Source: Octopus bimaculoides
Taxonomy: Eukaryota
Direction: 5' to 3'
Length of the DNA stretch: 64,000 nucleotides
Assembly (NCBI RefSeq): GCF_001194135.2
Contig: NC_068982.1
Coordinates: forward strand, 151,677,633-151,741,632
The position numbers and the translations under genes are program-made. The notes beneath the pieces were generated by a model, which did no database searches, was not told where the DNA came from, and worked only from the letters and a program-made list of their open reading frames with translations. Below are positions 24,061 through 36,886 of this stretch, piece after piece (the first letter of the stretch is position 1; every line of letters begins with the position of its first letter).

Positions 24061-24382
24061 TCATGGTGTACACGAATACTTCACATTAGAAATCAATGCC
24101 ACAACCATTTTCCTGAGACATTGAGGACTTTTCTTACAATTCTTGCTGTTCCAAATAAAGCAGATTTCTGAATTTCTGAATTTATGTAACTCTTGTAGTT
24201 ACAACAATTTCAAGAAGAGTGATGCTATTTGTTGGAGACGGTACCTAGCGTACCCATAACAATTGGGATTACTTTCCTAGAAATCTCCACAATCGTTGTA
24301 TTTCCTTAGTCAAATTCTGGTATTTTCCTATATTTTCCTGTTCTTTGACCGCTACATTCATGCCGCAGATATAGCAACATCT
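24061..24382 (-). mobile_element. R4/Dong-clade LINE 3' fragment, fifth lineage
   Basis: Minus strand: KEQENIGKYQNLTKEIQRLW...VIPIVMGTLG...EIQKSALFGTARIVRKVL; followed by (TAA)n in its own sense. Confidence 0.8.
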
Positions 24383-24397
24383 AAAAAACAAAATCCA

Positions 24398-24633
24398 CCA
24401 AGGTTGACTTTGCTTTTTCATCCTTTCGGGATCGTTGAAATAAGTACCAGTCAAGTACTGGTGCAGATGTAGTTGACTAACCACACTCACCCAAAATTTC
24501 AGGCTTTGTGCCGATTGGAAAAAGGGTTATTACTATTATTATTAAGGTAGCGAGCTAGCAGAATCTTTAACACGCCTGATCAAATTCTGCCGAGTTCGCC
24601 TTTGCCTGTCATCGTTGGGTACTCCAACCAGGC

Positions 24634-24667
<34 letters not shown>

Positions 24668-24673
24668 AATAAT

Positions 24674-24704
<31 letters not shown>

Positions 24705-25085
24705 TTACTGAAGGCGGCGAGCTGACAGAAATGTTAGCATGCTGGACGGAATGCTTAGCGATATTTAACCCGTCGCGTCGGGTGATTTGCAGAATCGTTA
24801 GGATGTCAGACAATATGTCCTGCTGTGTTTGTTTCACTTATTACGTTTTGAGCCCCGATTTCACTGATTTCAATATTGCCTTTCATCCGTTCAGAAACTA
24901 TAAAATGAAGAACCAGTGATACACTGGTGACGATATGATCGACTGGTCCAATTTCAGGCCTTGTTCCTTGCTGACAGAATCGTTACCATGCTCGATAAAA
25001 TGCTTTGCGGCATTTCGTTTGTTTTTCCGTTTTCAGTTGAAACTCCACCGTGGTCAGATTTGTATTTCATACTTTCGGGAGTGAT
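24398..25085 (+). mobile_element. Stack of about five partial SINE family A copies separated by TTA/TAA tracts
   Basis: Heads at ~24545, ~24712, ~24780 and ~24970 plus cores; all on the + strand. Confidence 0.7.
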
Positions 25086-25833
25086 ACAATAAAACAATTC
25101 AAACCTTGTACCTATTCCTGCTCCTCGTTGTCATCGTCGTCGTCACCATTTTCATCATCATTCTGGTGTTTAGGGGTAAACAAACAGACGTTTGCTTAAG
25201 TCTCTATAAACATCTGAGATATACAATCGTCTACACTAGCATCTGAGGTATACAAAAGGTATATCTGTTAAGCAGGCATATCTTTTTTTTTCTCTAAAGG
25301 ATGTTGCTTGTATTTACATTTAATTCAGTATTGATTAATCTATTGGAAGAGAAAAAAGCATTAACATCATAAGAAATAACTCGAAATACATCGATCTTCC
25401 CTGAATAAAGCTGAAATAATTTTTGTAAACACAAAAACGAATTCGAAAGGTTAAAACAGAATGTAAAATGAGATAACGATAAAAAATGACACTGTACAAA
25501 AAGATGTACTCACAAACACAGAAAGTCATAATTCGACAGACAAAAGTGCAAGCGTATACGACATAAGCATTAACAAACTTATAAAGTACTAATAACCTGT
25601 CAAAGAAAGAAACAACGCAACGGTTTCTTGCCTGTAAACATTATTCGAGAACGCAAAACCGAACGGAAATCCAATATGCTTTCAAATAAGTAATCAATGG
25701 AAGCCTGAGATGATATGTGGCATTTAATATTCTTCTCTCCCTCCCCCTCTCTCTCCTTCTTTCTCTATTTCTCTCTATGCCCTTTTCTCTCTCTCTTTCT
25801 CTTTATCCCCCCTCTCTCTCTCTCGTTAAAAAG

Positions 25834-25945
25834 CTCGAGAGATCTACATGGAGTGAAAGTAGATGTTTTCACGAAGCATCTTGACCTTCTACTGTCCAAG
25901 AACCCAGATGAACGTACATCACAGTAAGAAACTGAAAAGAGACAT
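25834..25945 (+). mobile_element. CR1/L2-group LINE ORF2 C-terminal fragment
   Basis: RDLHGVKVDVFTKHLDLLLSKNPDERTSQ, same family as 61486-61935. Confidence 0.6.
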
Positions 25946-26534
25946 AATGCATTTTATTGTCATATATGTCGTACAAGATTGATGTTCACATCTGGAATGT
26001 TTAAATATCATAGAAATACTTGATAAACAATAACAATTTCTTCAATGCACAAATTTAAATAGAATTTTTATTTTCATTTAAAAATAAAAATGAAGCGGAA
26101 GAAAATGGTCTTCAGCAATAAATAGGTAATATATGTGTCAGGGATGATATACATAAATCATTTGAAAACATTCCGAAGGCGAACAATCCATCTTCTGCAG
26201 TATCCTACAACTATATTATTCAATATGCCCATTTCTGATTTGAAAAGATAGATAAATTAATAAACCTGTCATTTCCAGCACATCGAGTGACCACGTAGTG
26301 GCTTTTTCGTTGACTCATTAGATACATGACCGATCGAAGTGAGTTCCGATTACAAGGTTTTAACCTTAGACCTTCATAAAGTCATTTAGAGAACCAGCAA
26401 AAAGTACAGAACAACAGAGAAACATGCTGCAGTTAGAAGAATCAGATTAATCTTCATCACCAGTGCACACTCTCAGACTGGTAAGATTAATGCTGCTGAT
26501 GTAATGCTTTAGCATATTATTGTAGTCCTTACAA

Positions 26535-26715
26535 TGTTGGATTGTTATACGCCCACTTCGGCATACAGTATACTTAGTAAAACCAATAAAGACACGACTG
26601 TCTCTGACCGCCTACTACGTACGCTGGTACTTCACGAACTTCTCTTTACATATAGTGACTATGTTATTCCATTTGTCACGTGCGAAGAGTGTACCATTAT
26701 TACTAATTCCCTACA
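26535..26715 (-). repeat. 3' LTR of the Gypsy element
   Basis: Direct repeat of 29444-29612 with substitutions and indels. Confidence 0.85.
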
Positions 26716-29443
26716 ATATCGCTCCTTTTAAGTTTTTCTTAGGAAGTGTCATTTTATTCAGTAAAAATGTTTTATTCACCCCACCTCCTTTTTTTCGTTT
26801 TTTCTTTTCGTACAATTTACTATTTTTTGCGCTTGGCATTAATTTTCACTTGTACGCCTGGGTTCAATCACCTACAGTAGAACTGGTACTTGGAACGTAT
26901 CGTACAACCATTCCTTCGGTTCCTCCAGCTTCTTTGGTTCGCTTTCCACGAATCTATTTTCCACTTGGTTCCTGTGTATACCTTTTTCCACGTTTTACCC
27001 AATACATCGTTTTACTTATGCATTTAATAATTATGCCATCTTCCCAACTCTGCTTTCCATTCTTGTATGCCCTCATAAACACCTTTCCACCAACTTTAAA
27101 GCATCTTGCTATGTTTTCCTTGGCACTTTGTCTCTTCTTGTCAGGTAGCAATTTATCGAAGTCTGATTTTACTTTCCTCGCAAACATCAGCTCCGCACGT
27201 GATCTACTTGCTGGTGTATTTGGATTTGGTGTCACATGGTACACTCTTAAGAATTGTTGTAGAGCTACCTTATCCGTGACTTCCTTATTCGGTTTTCCCA
27301 AGAATTCCTGAGCATAGTTACATTTTTTCGTGGGAGTATATTGTTTATCGCTGTTGCCCTTGATGGATCTGGCTTTCTTCCGATTTTGTCAATTACTTTT
27401 CCTAAATATTTAATTTTATTCAGCAAGAACTCATATTTTTCCTCCGTTAACTTGAACCCGTATTCGTTTATTTTCTCAGATACTCTTTTAACGTGTTCAA
27501 ACTGTTGTTCCTCTTTACTAAAATTTCGTCTAGATAGGCGATAGCGAAATCACATTTACTCAGTGTTGTATCAATTACTTGCTGAAATATGGCAGGAGCC
27601 ACTTTTACACCGAAGGGAAGCCGCTTAAATTTAGATAAGCCACGTTGTGTGTTAATTGTTAATAAATGTGCGCTTCTTCTACTTGTATTTGTAGATATGA
27701 CTCCGAGAGTTCTAATTTAGAGAAGAATTTCCCTCCATTCACTTTTGTAAAAATTCCTCCGGACTGGGCAATGGGGAGTTATGTGCAACTAAACAATCAT
27801 TCAACTCAGTTGAAAAATCTGCACAAACTCTTAGTTTGTTATTCTTCTTTTCACGTCGGTGCAGCCTATATTGCGTGGTCTGTATTTTCAATTATATCAA
27901 AACTTTCTAGTCATTCCAGTTCCTTGTTAACCTGGTCTATTGCTGCAAATGGTATGTTTCGTTTTTGCCTATATACCGGTGTTGCACTTTGTTTTACAGC
28001 GATCCTACCTTTTGTTTTTGTACAACAATCTAGTTCTTCCAAGAAAAAAAAAATCTGGAAATAATTTTAAAAAATTTTGTTTCAGTCCTTCGGTTTCCTT
28101 TGAACCTTTGACCGATCCAACCATATTTCCACACAGAACACTCTGTCCTATATAGACTAAGTGAATCTTTTAATACATATATCTTTGCCTTTTTCGATTG
28201 ACCACGGAATATAGTCCTTTTTCCGTAACCCCATGTGCTACCTTTTTCGATTTAATTAATTTCGGCTTACCGACATATTTCCACGTTTTTTTTTTCGTTT
28301 ATAATGGTGATATCACAATGCTCTTTAGCATTTGTATTTCTGATTTTCGCCTTCACGAATTTTCCTCATCGTTATATTGCCAATTTCTTCCGATGACATA
28401 CTATTTATTCTTTTTCCTTTGTTCTGACGTTTGTCATCTTCGTTCAATAGTGCGTTTTCATATGTCGTATATTTAATCAACGAAAGCACGCCGCTTCTTT
28501 TTCCTCAGGTGTATACCTACACATGCAAAACATGGGCTTATTTTCTGATTTTTGTCGTGTTTTTAGAAAATACGTTGTCTGTATTCTGACTATTTCGCAC
28601 TTATTTTACTTCGAAACACTTTTTCCGTTCGATTCCCTCTGTGAAGTGTCTGAATTTGACTATCTTTTCACATTCTTCCGACATTTGTTGTCGGGTTACC
28701 GCCTGGATTTGTTCCAGCTTTGCGAGAATTCTAGTTCTAGCTTCTGCGTCCTTTTCGGCAGTAAGTCCTTGTGTAAAAATCAGGCATTTGAACATATCTA
28801 GCATTCCCTGTTTACTCTACCAGCATGTGATGTATCCTCGTCGTTGTTTTTCTTTATGTTCAGACACTTCCAACCTGTGTTTAAAAATGAGCTACTTTCA
28901 CCGAACATTTTACACAATATATATTGTGTCATTAAACTTTATGTCCGAAAGTTTTCTTGGAGTACATTATTACTGTATCGTTCATGTTCTGTTGCCGCCA
29001 GTTTTCTCAAGGTTAAGCGCGTTTTCATTTCATCGTCTCTATATTTACATACATTCTCGAAGATTTGGACATATCTTCTGTAGTATGTTTCGAAAGTAAG
29101 TTTGTTACGGAGTCGAGAACCCTTTTTCTGACTTTCCTGAGGACTTCAGTAATTGCAGAATTTGTTGCTGTAATATTATTTGTTGTTGTTCTTGCTTCTG
29201 TTGTTACTCTTGCAGTTGTACTACTGCTGTTGGTGTTCTTTCAATTGCTGCTGTTGCTGTTTTTACAACTCGAGCAAACCGGCCAGTAAATTTTCCATGC
29301 TTTTACGATTTTTCGTAAAATTCGTACACAAGCTTTGTGAGTTTATTAACTCCTTTTCGAGTTTCTATTAACTCCACGTGAATTGATTTATCCTCGTCGA
29401 GTTTATTAATTCCTCATGAGTTTAAATTCTCGTCGCCTTTAAA

Positions 29444-29612
29444 TGTTGTATTGTAATATGCCCACTATGGTATACAGTATACTTAGTAAAACCAATAAAG
29501 ACACGATCTCTGACCGCTTACTACTTACTCTGGTACTTATTTTTACTTATAGTGACTAGATTATTCTATTCGTCACGTGGGAGAGGTGTACCATTATTAC
29601 TAATTCCCCACA
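29444..29612 (-). repeat. 5' LTR of the Gypsy element
   Basis: Direct repeat of 26535-26715; adjacent PBS-like motif. Confidence 0.85.
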
Positions 29613-31284
29613 TCACATATCTAAATCAATGATAATAAATAGAGTATATCGTTACATTAAGTATATGTCAATTGTATTGAAAATGCAGATAGGCAAGATA
29701 TCGCAGTAGAATACTGGGGATGAAGGACTAGGAAAGTGTTTGATAAATGAAGTGGACAGCGAAACTCATTGAATATGAAGAAAAGAGGAGAGATGTGCTT
29801 GATGTATGGATACGTTTGGTGCTGGCTTTTTCAGAAAAGATGCATATAAATGAAACATTCTTTGAGCCAGTGACTGTAGTGTGTTCATGGGTAATACCTT
29901 GCCAATCAGTTGAATAAACTTCTGTTGGATACAGCATAGGATGAATATAAGTGCAGCAAGACTGTTTCATGCCAGCAGGGTTCTAATGTGTTTATAAAGT
30001 GAGTCTTGTAGAGTCTTACAAAAAGTTTCTTGTTCAACTATAACACACAATCATAATCTCAAAATAACTCTTCATATAAGGAATTAGTGAGTATAAAACC
30101 TGAGAACATTTTCTAAATATCCATCGTACCATGACAATGTGTGGTTGGAACGCTGACTCAAATAACATTATAATGCAGAAGAGATTTGGAAATCAAACTT
30201 CGTCTCCCATTTTATTGTGTCCTAAGGAACAATTGAATAACTAATTCTTCAAGCTCACTTTCACAAGTATTCTAAGTAGTTCAATTGTATTCTTTTCAGT
30301 GTACTCTTGATCCACGATATCTTCCTTATATTTACTATACACCGAATCCACTAGGTTCCTCGAATACTTTAAAATGCTTCAGTTTCATCACTTTCTATGT
30401 AAAATTTATGGTCACAATTCTTTCGTGTGATCCTCTCCTTCTTGGCCACTTATTATTATAGTGCTGTGGTTTGATCCCAGGACTGAGCAGTGTTGTTTTC
30501 AAGGGGCTAAATTCTCCATAGCTTCATCCCACGCGTCTACCTCAGAATGGCTCATTGCGAACTATAAACCTGAATACAAAAAAGAGACGTTACCGGTCCT
30601 TAACGGTATTGTATGTTAATGGTTAAAAGTATTCCAGTTGTGACTAGTACTTTTTTGTTTTCATTACCAGAGCATCTAGAACTGCATTATTCAATGCATC
30701 CTCACATTTCTCAAATAGCAGGGTAAATGTGCTGAAATTCTACCATAAGAATAAACTTTCGTTTCAAATTTCTACGTTTATAGTGGTGCCAACACACGAA
30801 TAATTATCCAGCAGTCCACGTAATATAGTCAGCAAGAGCAACATATACGACCATCATAAATCTACTCCACCTAATTATAATGTAAATTTGTATCACGCAG
30901 TGAATTACTTCGTTGATGTCAGAAGCAATGTAAACATAATTCACGATTAATCGACAATAGTAATATAAATTTGAGGAAAGTTTTATTGAGTTGCCCTGTT
31001 AATCTATGTTAATATATATTAACTCTCATAAGTATTTCAGAACAGATATCACGTTCTTAATCAAAACATTATAAACGAACTGTAAACTAACTGTAAATAT
31101 ATGCTTTATCACCACCGATCAGTCATACTTTGCTGCAAAGGCTCCAAATTATAAATAAACAAAACATGTGCACATAAAATATAGACATACACCGTTAGGT
31201 CGTCGGAATAAACGTCTTGTGTTATTTCTTCCAGATTTTATGCACAATAATGTCCTTTAATTTCAGCACACCAATACGCAGTAG

Positions 31285-32815
31285 TGGATATCACCTTCAG
31301 TTTTGCACTGAATGTGAACTTGTCATTTGCAACATCGTTTTTCATCTGAAGGATGTTCATAAAGTTACTTGGATACACCCAAGATCTTAGCATGGATATA
31401 TTCTCGATTACGTTATCACTAGGAAATTAGATCATCAGGATGTTTGAAAGGTGTCTAAATTTGCGTGTTAAAATTACAGAGGAATAAAACATCTCGAAGT
31501 AATTGGTAAACTACTCAATCTGTTAACAAAGTGGATATATTCCTCCGTTATCCAGGAAAAACAATGTGGTCTTAGATCAGGTCCTGGTACAATGAACATT
31601 TTTTTCCTGCTTATCTCCACTGTTAATAGGACCACTTTCTGGATCATTCTTGGTAAATTTGGATTTCCACCTCAATTGTCAAATTGTTTTAGCAACTCAG
31701 TTGTAATATGAAAACTTGTTTTCAATTCATCGGTCACTCTTGGAACCGATTTCCATTGACAATGAAATTAAACAAGGTGATATTCCTGCTCCAACATTTT
31801 TTTCCATATATTTTATTGTAACTGTCTCGTACACTTTCCATGATTATGATATCAAGCGTCTACATTCACTTCAAAACCACAGATAAGATCTTTGATGTAA
31901 CACGCTTCAACGCAACATCGAAGACTTGCCTTATTTGTGAGCTCTTGTGTGCTGACGATGTAGTTCGTGTTGCTAAAACCGAAGATATGCAAACTATAAT
32001 AGAGCATGCACTTGCATTTTGAATTAGCTGTAGACTCAAGAAGACAAAGGTCATGTTCTCCCAGCCTCCAGGCAAGCCCTATCTGGAACCTAACATCGTC
32101 CAAGGTACAAGATTGGATGCGGTCGACTCTTTCATCTATTTTGGCAGAATTCTCTCGAGGGATGCATCCCTTGATTCTGAAATAAATCTGAGGATTGTAA
32201 AAACCAGTAAAACATTTAAAATGCTCGAAATTCTCCTTGTGGTCTGGCAAAGGTATCACCATCAAAATCAAGCTCAACGTCTATAGATTATGCTCCTTAA
32301 CTGCCTTTTATAGACTTATCGTCCATCAAACTTGCCTTACGAGGACTCCATACACCGTTGTTCTTCAGCAAACCAACATATCTCGTTTTCAATGCTCCTC
32401 ATAAGCAATCACATGGGTTAAGCAGGGCTTCTTACTGGGATGCAGGCTGACAGATTACCTAAGCAGTTATTTTACGGAGAGCTGCAATATGGTAAACGTT
32501 CTAGACACAAGCTTAAAAAGACGTTTTAGGGATGCCGTCAAAAGTATTCTTTTGGTTCTTAGTTTGAATATTGAAGACTAGGAGCATTTGACGGAAAAGG
32601 GATTCTTTTGAAAATAAGTGATTGTCATAGTTGTAACGAATTTGAAACATGGAGAATCGAACAATCCAACTGAAACGAGCATTTCGTGAACAGGATGTAA
32701 TTTCAAACTTAGACAGACACTTTTCGGTTTGAAAATGTTTGTACCATCTGCAGTAGGCTTTGGTTGTCCAAAGCCTGACTTACTAATCATATGAGATCTG
32801 ATGACAGCATTTATT
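31285..32815 (+). mobile_element. RTE-clade LINE, degraded (endonuclease tail, RT, C-terminus)
   Basis: CTECELVICNIVFHLKDVHKVTWIHPRS..YILDYVITR; IKQGDIPAPTFFSIYF; ELLCADD; LDSEINLRI; RLPKQLFYGEL. Confidence 0.88.
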
Positions 32816-33405
32816 TACTAATTGAAGAGATGGCTTTCTGTAAAGAAGTGGTAATCATCATATCTATCTATCTAGCTATCTATCTATCTGTCTGTCTGTC
32901 TGGCTGTCTGTCTGTCTGTCTGCTTGTCTGTCTGTCTTTCTGTTTGTCCGTCTGTCTGTTTGTCTGTCTGTCTGTCTTTCTGTTTGTCTGTCTGTCTGTC
33001 TGTCTGCACACACACATATATCGAGTAAGAGAAATAGAAAGAGATGGAGAGGGAGAAGGACAGAGAGACGAGGGAGAGAGGGAGAGAGACGTCAGTTTGG
33101 TGTCTCACTACCTATTCTTATCCATAAAACGTCCTGGAAAATATACATATTGTTATGAAATTTTGTTGAGATAGGTCTACAAGGGAACGGATTGTTATTG
33201 TGTCGACACAATTTAGAAAAACAATATTAGGAGAGGTTTTGGTTCATTCTCTTTCCTAACCCGGACATTGCTATTACAAATTTCTGTTACTTTAGGATTT
33301 TTCACTTCTCTTTCAACATTTTATGTTTGAAAAATCAACGTTCTGTACATTCCCCAAAACGTATTTCCTCAGTATTTCATTAAAAAAATATGTATCTTAA
33401 TAAGC

Positions 33406-33444
<39 letters not shown>

Positions 33445-33977
33445 NNNNNNNNNNNNNNNNNNNNNNNNNNNNNNNNNNNNNNNNNNNNNNNNNNNNNNNN
33501 NNNNNNNNNNNNNNNNNNNNNNNNNNNNNNNNNNNNNNNNNNNNNNNNNNNNNNNNNNNNNNNNNNNNNNNNNNNNNNNNNNNNNNNNNNNNNNNNNNNN
33601 NNNNNNNNNNNNNNNNNNNNNNNNNNNNNNNNNNNNNNNNNNNNNNNNNNNNNNNNNNNNNNNNNNNNNNNNNNNNNNNNNNNNNNNNNNNNNNNNNNNN
33701 NNNNNNNNNNNNNNNNNNNNNNNNNNNNNNNNNNNNNNNNNNNNNNNNNNNNNNNNNNNNNNNNNNNNNNNNNNNAGTGGAATCCCATTTTCATCCTGAT
33801 GCTTCAGTTGTATGCCATATAAATATTACATAGACACATGCGCACATGCACACAGACGCGCATATGTTCACACATACATACACACATGCACGCACGCACG
33901 CACGCACACACACATGCACGCGCACACACACACACACACACTCTCGCACACACAGCTAAAATACAGTCCGATGATGA

Positions 33978-34159
33978 TGAGCTGGCAGAAACGTATGCAC
34001 GCCGGGCGAAAGGCTTAGCGGTATTTCATCTGCCGTTACGTTCTGATTTCAAATTCTGCCGAGGTCGACTTTGCCTTTTATCCTTTCGGAGTCGATAAAT
34101 TAAGTACCAGTTACGTACTGGAGTCGATGTAATCGACTTAATCCCTTTGTCTGTCCTTG
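33978..34159 (+). mobile_element. SINE family A variant (3' end GACTTAATCCCTTTGTCTGTCCTTG), truncated
   Basis: GAGCTGGCAGAAACGT head and core. Confidence 0.85.
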
Positions 34160-35181
34160 AAGGTTTTACCATTCAAAGAATTTCGAAATAAATGGTAATC
34201 TGATGGTGCAAGGTCAGGGTTATACGGTGGCTGTGACATCACTTCCCACCCAAGCTCCAATTATTTTTCAAGAGTTGGCAAAGACGTGTGTGGTTTTGCA
34301 TTGTCATGGTGGAACACGACTCCTTTACGATTTGCCAATTCTGGCGGTTTTTCTTTGCTTGTTTCCTTCAGTTTCATTAGTTGTTGACAGTAAGCAACTG
34401 AATTAATCGTTTGGTCCCTTGGAAGCAGCTCAAAATTCACAATACACTGATAATCCCACCAAATTGACAGCATGGCCTTTTTTGATGAAATTCAGCTTTC
34501 GACGTGGTTTGTACTGATTCATTACGCTTGGACCATGACCATTTTCGATTAATGTTATTGTAGAAAATCCCTTTTTTGTCACCAGTGATTATTCGTTTCA
34601 AAAGAGGTCAATTTCACTGCGTTTGAGATGCATATCGAAAATATTGATTCATTGTGTTAAGTGAATCTCTTTCAATTTCTGTAGAACCCAAATATCAAGC
34701 TTCTTAACGAGTCCAAGACATTTTAAGTGATTTTCAATTGTTGTATGTGATACATTTAACCTCTCTGCAATCTCTCGCACAATTATATGACAATCAGATT
34801 CAATTATGGCTTTGATTCGGTCATCATCAACTTCAGCAGGGCGACCAGAACGTTGGTCATCTTTGAGTGAAAAATCTCCGGAACGGAATTTTTAAAACCA
34901 TTTCTGACATGTGCATTCTGTTAAGCAATCAACATCATAAACTTCACATTTCTTTTTGTGAGCCTCAGCAGCTTTCTTGCCTTTACGGGAAAAAAAGTTG
35001 CGAAAATGTTCGTTTTTGCACTCTATGTTCAAATTGACACTGAACTAACAGCTGTAAAGAAAATTACGCGCAATTTGCTTCTAAAGTAAGCTAAAAGTAA
35101 CGGCTAGCAAATATCAAAAGGAAAAAGCTCATAACATTGACAAAAGTCATTTAAAAAATCGTTACTTTCTTGCCAACTCAT
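34160..35181 (-). mobile_element. mariner (DD34D) transposon, degraded, 3' end lost
   Basis: MLSIWWDYQCIVNFELLP, VVFHHDNAKPH, HPPYNPDLAPSDYHLF; TIR-like GAGTTGGCAAGAAAGT at the 35181 end. Confidence 0.88.
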
Positions 35182-35249
35182 TCGTCGGTAATTTGTCTCT
35201 TGTTAATTGGCGATTAGTTATCTGCATAATGCCTGAGGTTCTAACTAGC

Positions 35250-35800
35250 GACTAGTTCATTCTATTCACTTTTTAGCAAGTTATGGAACACGCTATTCTG
35301 GTAACTCTGGTGTGCTTCAGACATGCGTAATCATTTATACTACACCCGCTTTAATTTTATACCCATATGTTTAGCTTTTTGGCTATTTAGCTATTTCACA
35401 ACGCAAGTTAAATTCCGTTCTTCGCAATATTTACCTTGTTTTGCAATGCTAGATCTAGCGAAAGATGTCGCTTAGTACCACTGATTTATCCTTACTTTCA
35501 CCTAACGTAATTCTCGAAATTTGTATCAAGATCTAATAAAAGTTATGGAAGCAACGCATCTCAAAGTATTGCAGCAGTCTTTTGGAAGAGTGGGTTGATA
35601 CAAATTCGTAATTCATTGAAATATATCGAGAGTTAGCCTGTCTATACTGTCTTGTTCGTCCAAACGGTCATCCATTCAAACATTCCGATATTTTCTGCAC
35701 TATTGCTTGAACTATAAACGTTGGAAAGGATGCATTTTTCCATATCTGTACAAACAATATTACATTGGCATTCTGCTACATCCTTTAAGAACTAGTCAAG
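35250..35800 (-). mobile_element. Possible very old CR1/L2-type RT remnant
   Basis: Only fragmentary resemblance (HLSLDLA..KVN; QNSV) across stops and frameshifts. Confidence 0.25.
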
Positions 35801-36886
35801 CAGTATTCCACAGAATATTCTACTTCTCCGTATGAGTGTATGAGAAGCTAAATCTACAGTTATAGGTAACATTATTTATATATGTGCGCCATGTTTTTTT
35901 TCATCTAATATGCATTAACCCTTTTTTAATTAAGTATTGTCATCGAAGTACAGTATCTTGCTACTGCATAACCATGTTTACTTTGTAAATGAAAGTAATT
36001 TTGGTGTGACTATAGCTTCAGTTGGTAAGTTCTAAAGCTTCTCCATTATATTTAGAATTAAATACACGCAAAAGAATTTTTTTTGGTGGCAATAAGATTA
36101 ATGTCGAACCATTCTTAGATTTTCGTGATTTGACCCAAACATCGCATTATATTATCGTGATTCGGACAAAATAATGATTTCAGAAGCTAAAATAGATACT
36201 GCAAAAACAAAAAAAAAGAACGAAAACAAAATACATCATGTTTGAAATGTATCGATCTTATTTAAAATAGTTCAATAGTTAAGAATTCTATTACTGAATT
36301 CTAGTCCAGAAAAATGAAGACTAATTTTGAAATTTAACAGCCTGTTTTTGTTAGATGTTAATTTCCAATCAAATGTATTTGATTGTGTGCTTGTGGTTTC
36401 TTTGTCGGGGCATTCTACTAATTTTCTGCGTGAATAATATAAATAAAGGAATTAGAATTTTTATCTTTGTTTTTCTCACCTTTCTGCTTGGTATAGAATT
36501 AATGCAAATCCTTCGATTTCACCAAAAAAGAAAAAAAGAAAAAAAAGAAAAAAAAGAAAAAATCATAGTTGGTTGGAAAGTTGAGAAGAGATAACTTTAG
36601 AAATTCAGTCCATGAAGGAATTGAATTAAAATTTAATACCAAAACAATTTCCGACATCGACTAACAAGAAATGTTCTTCATTTCTAACGTCTTCATTCAA
36701 CACTTTGCTTTCTTTTTTAAAAGAAGTAGATTGTAATATAGACAAATAACTAGGAAAATTATTTTTATAAAGATACTGAACATGTGTAATGTGGCTTGAG
36801 ATATATACTTTCAGTTCATGTAATGAGGTGTAATACATGTCATGCATAGAAACTGAATGGTTGTAATGTGATGTTATCTATATATA

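Larger units (their letters stand above)
26535..29612 (-). mobile_element. Ty3/Gypsy LTR retrotransposon (K02A2.6-like), degraded, with RNase H and the integrase core deleted
   Basis: LTRs 26535-26715 and 29444-29612 (TG...CA); PBS-like AGGCGACGAG next to the 5' LTR; gag FKCLIFTQGL..KDAEARTRILAKLE; RT RLPFGVKVAPAIFQ, AYLDE; integrase C-terminus FLRVYHVTPNPNTPASRSRAELMFARK. Confidence 0.9.

Noticed and set aside
10504-25085. Regularly interspersed repeats superficially like a CRISPR array
   Set aside because: Eukaryotic SINEs of ~200 bp with variable spacing; no constant short repeat-spacer period and no cas genes
29650-30600. Non-microsatellite block that may be an old transposon
   Set aside because: No recognisable motif in any frame
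32430-32445. TTACTGGGA resembling the HCN exon 2 start (YWD)
   Set aside because: Lies inside the RTE LINE C-terminal region; no acceptor and no S1 helix follow
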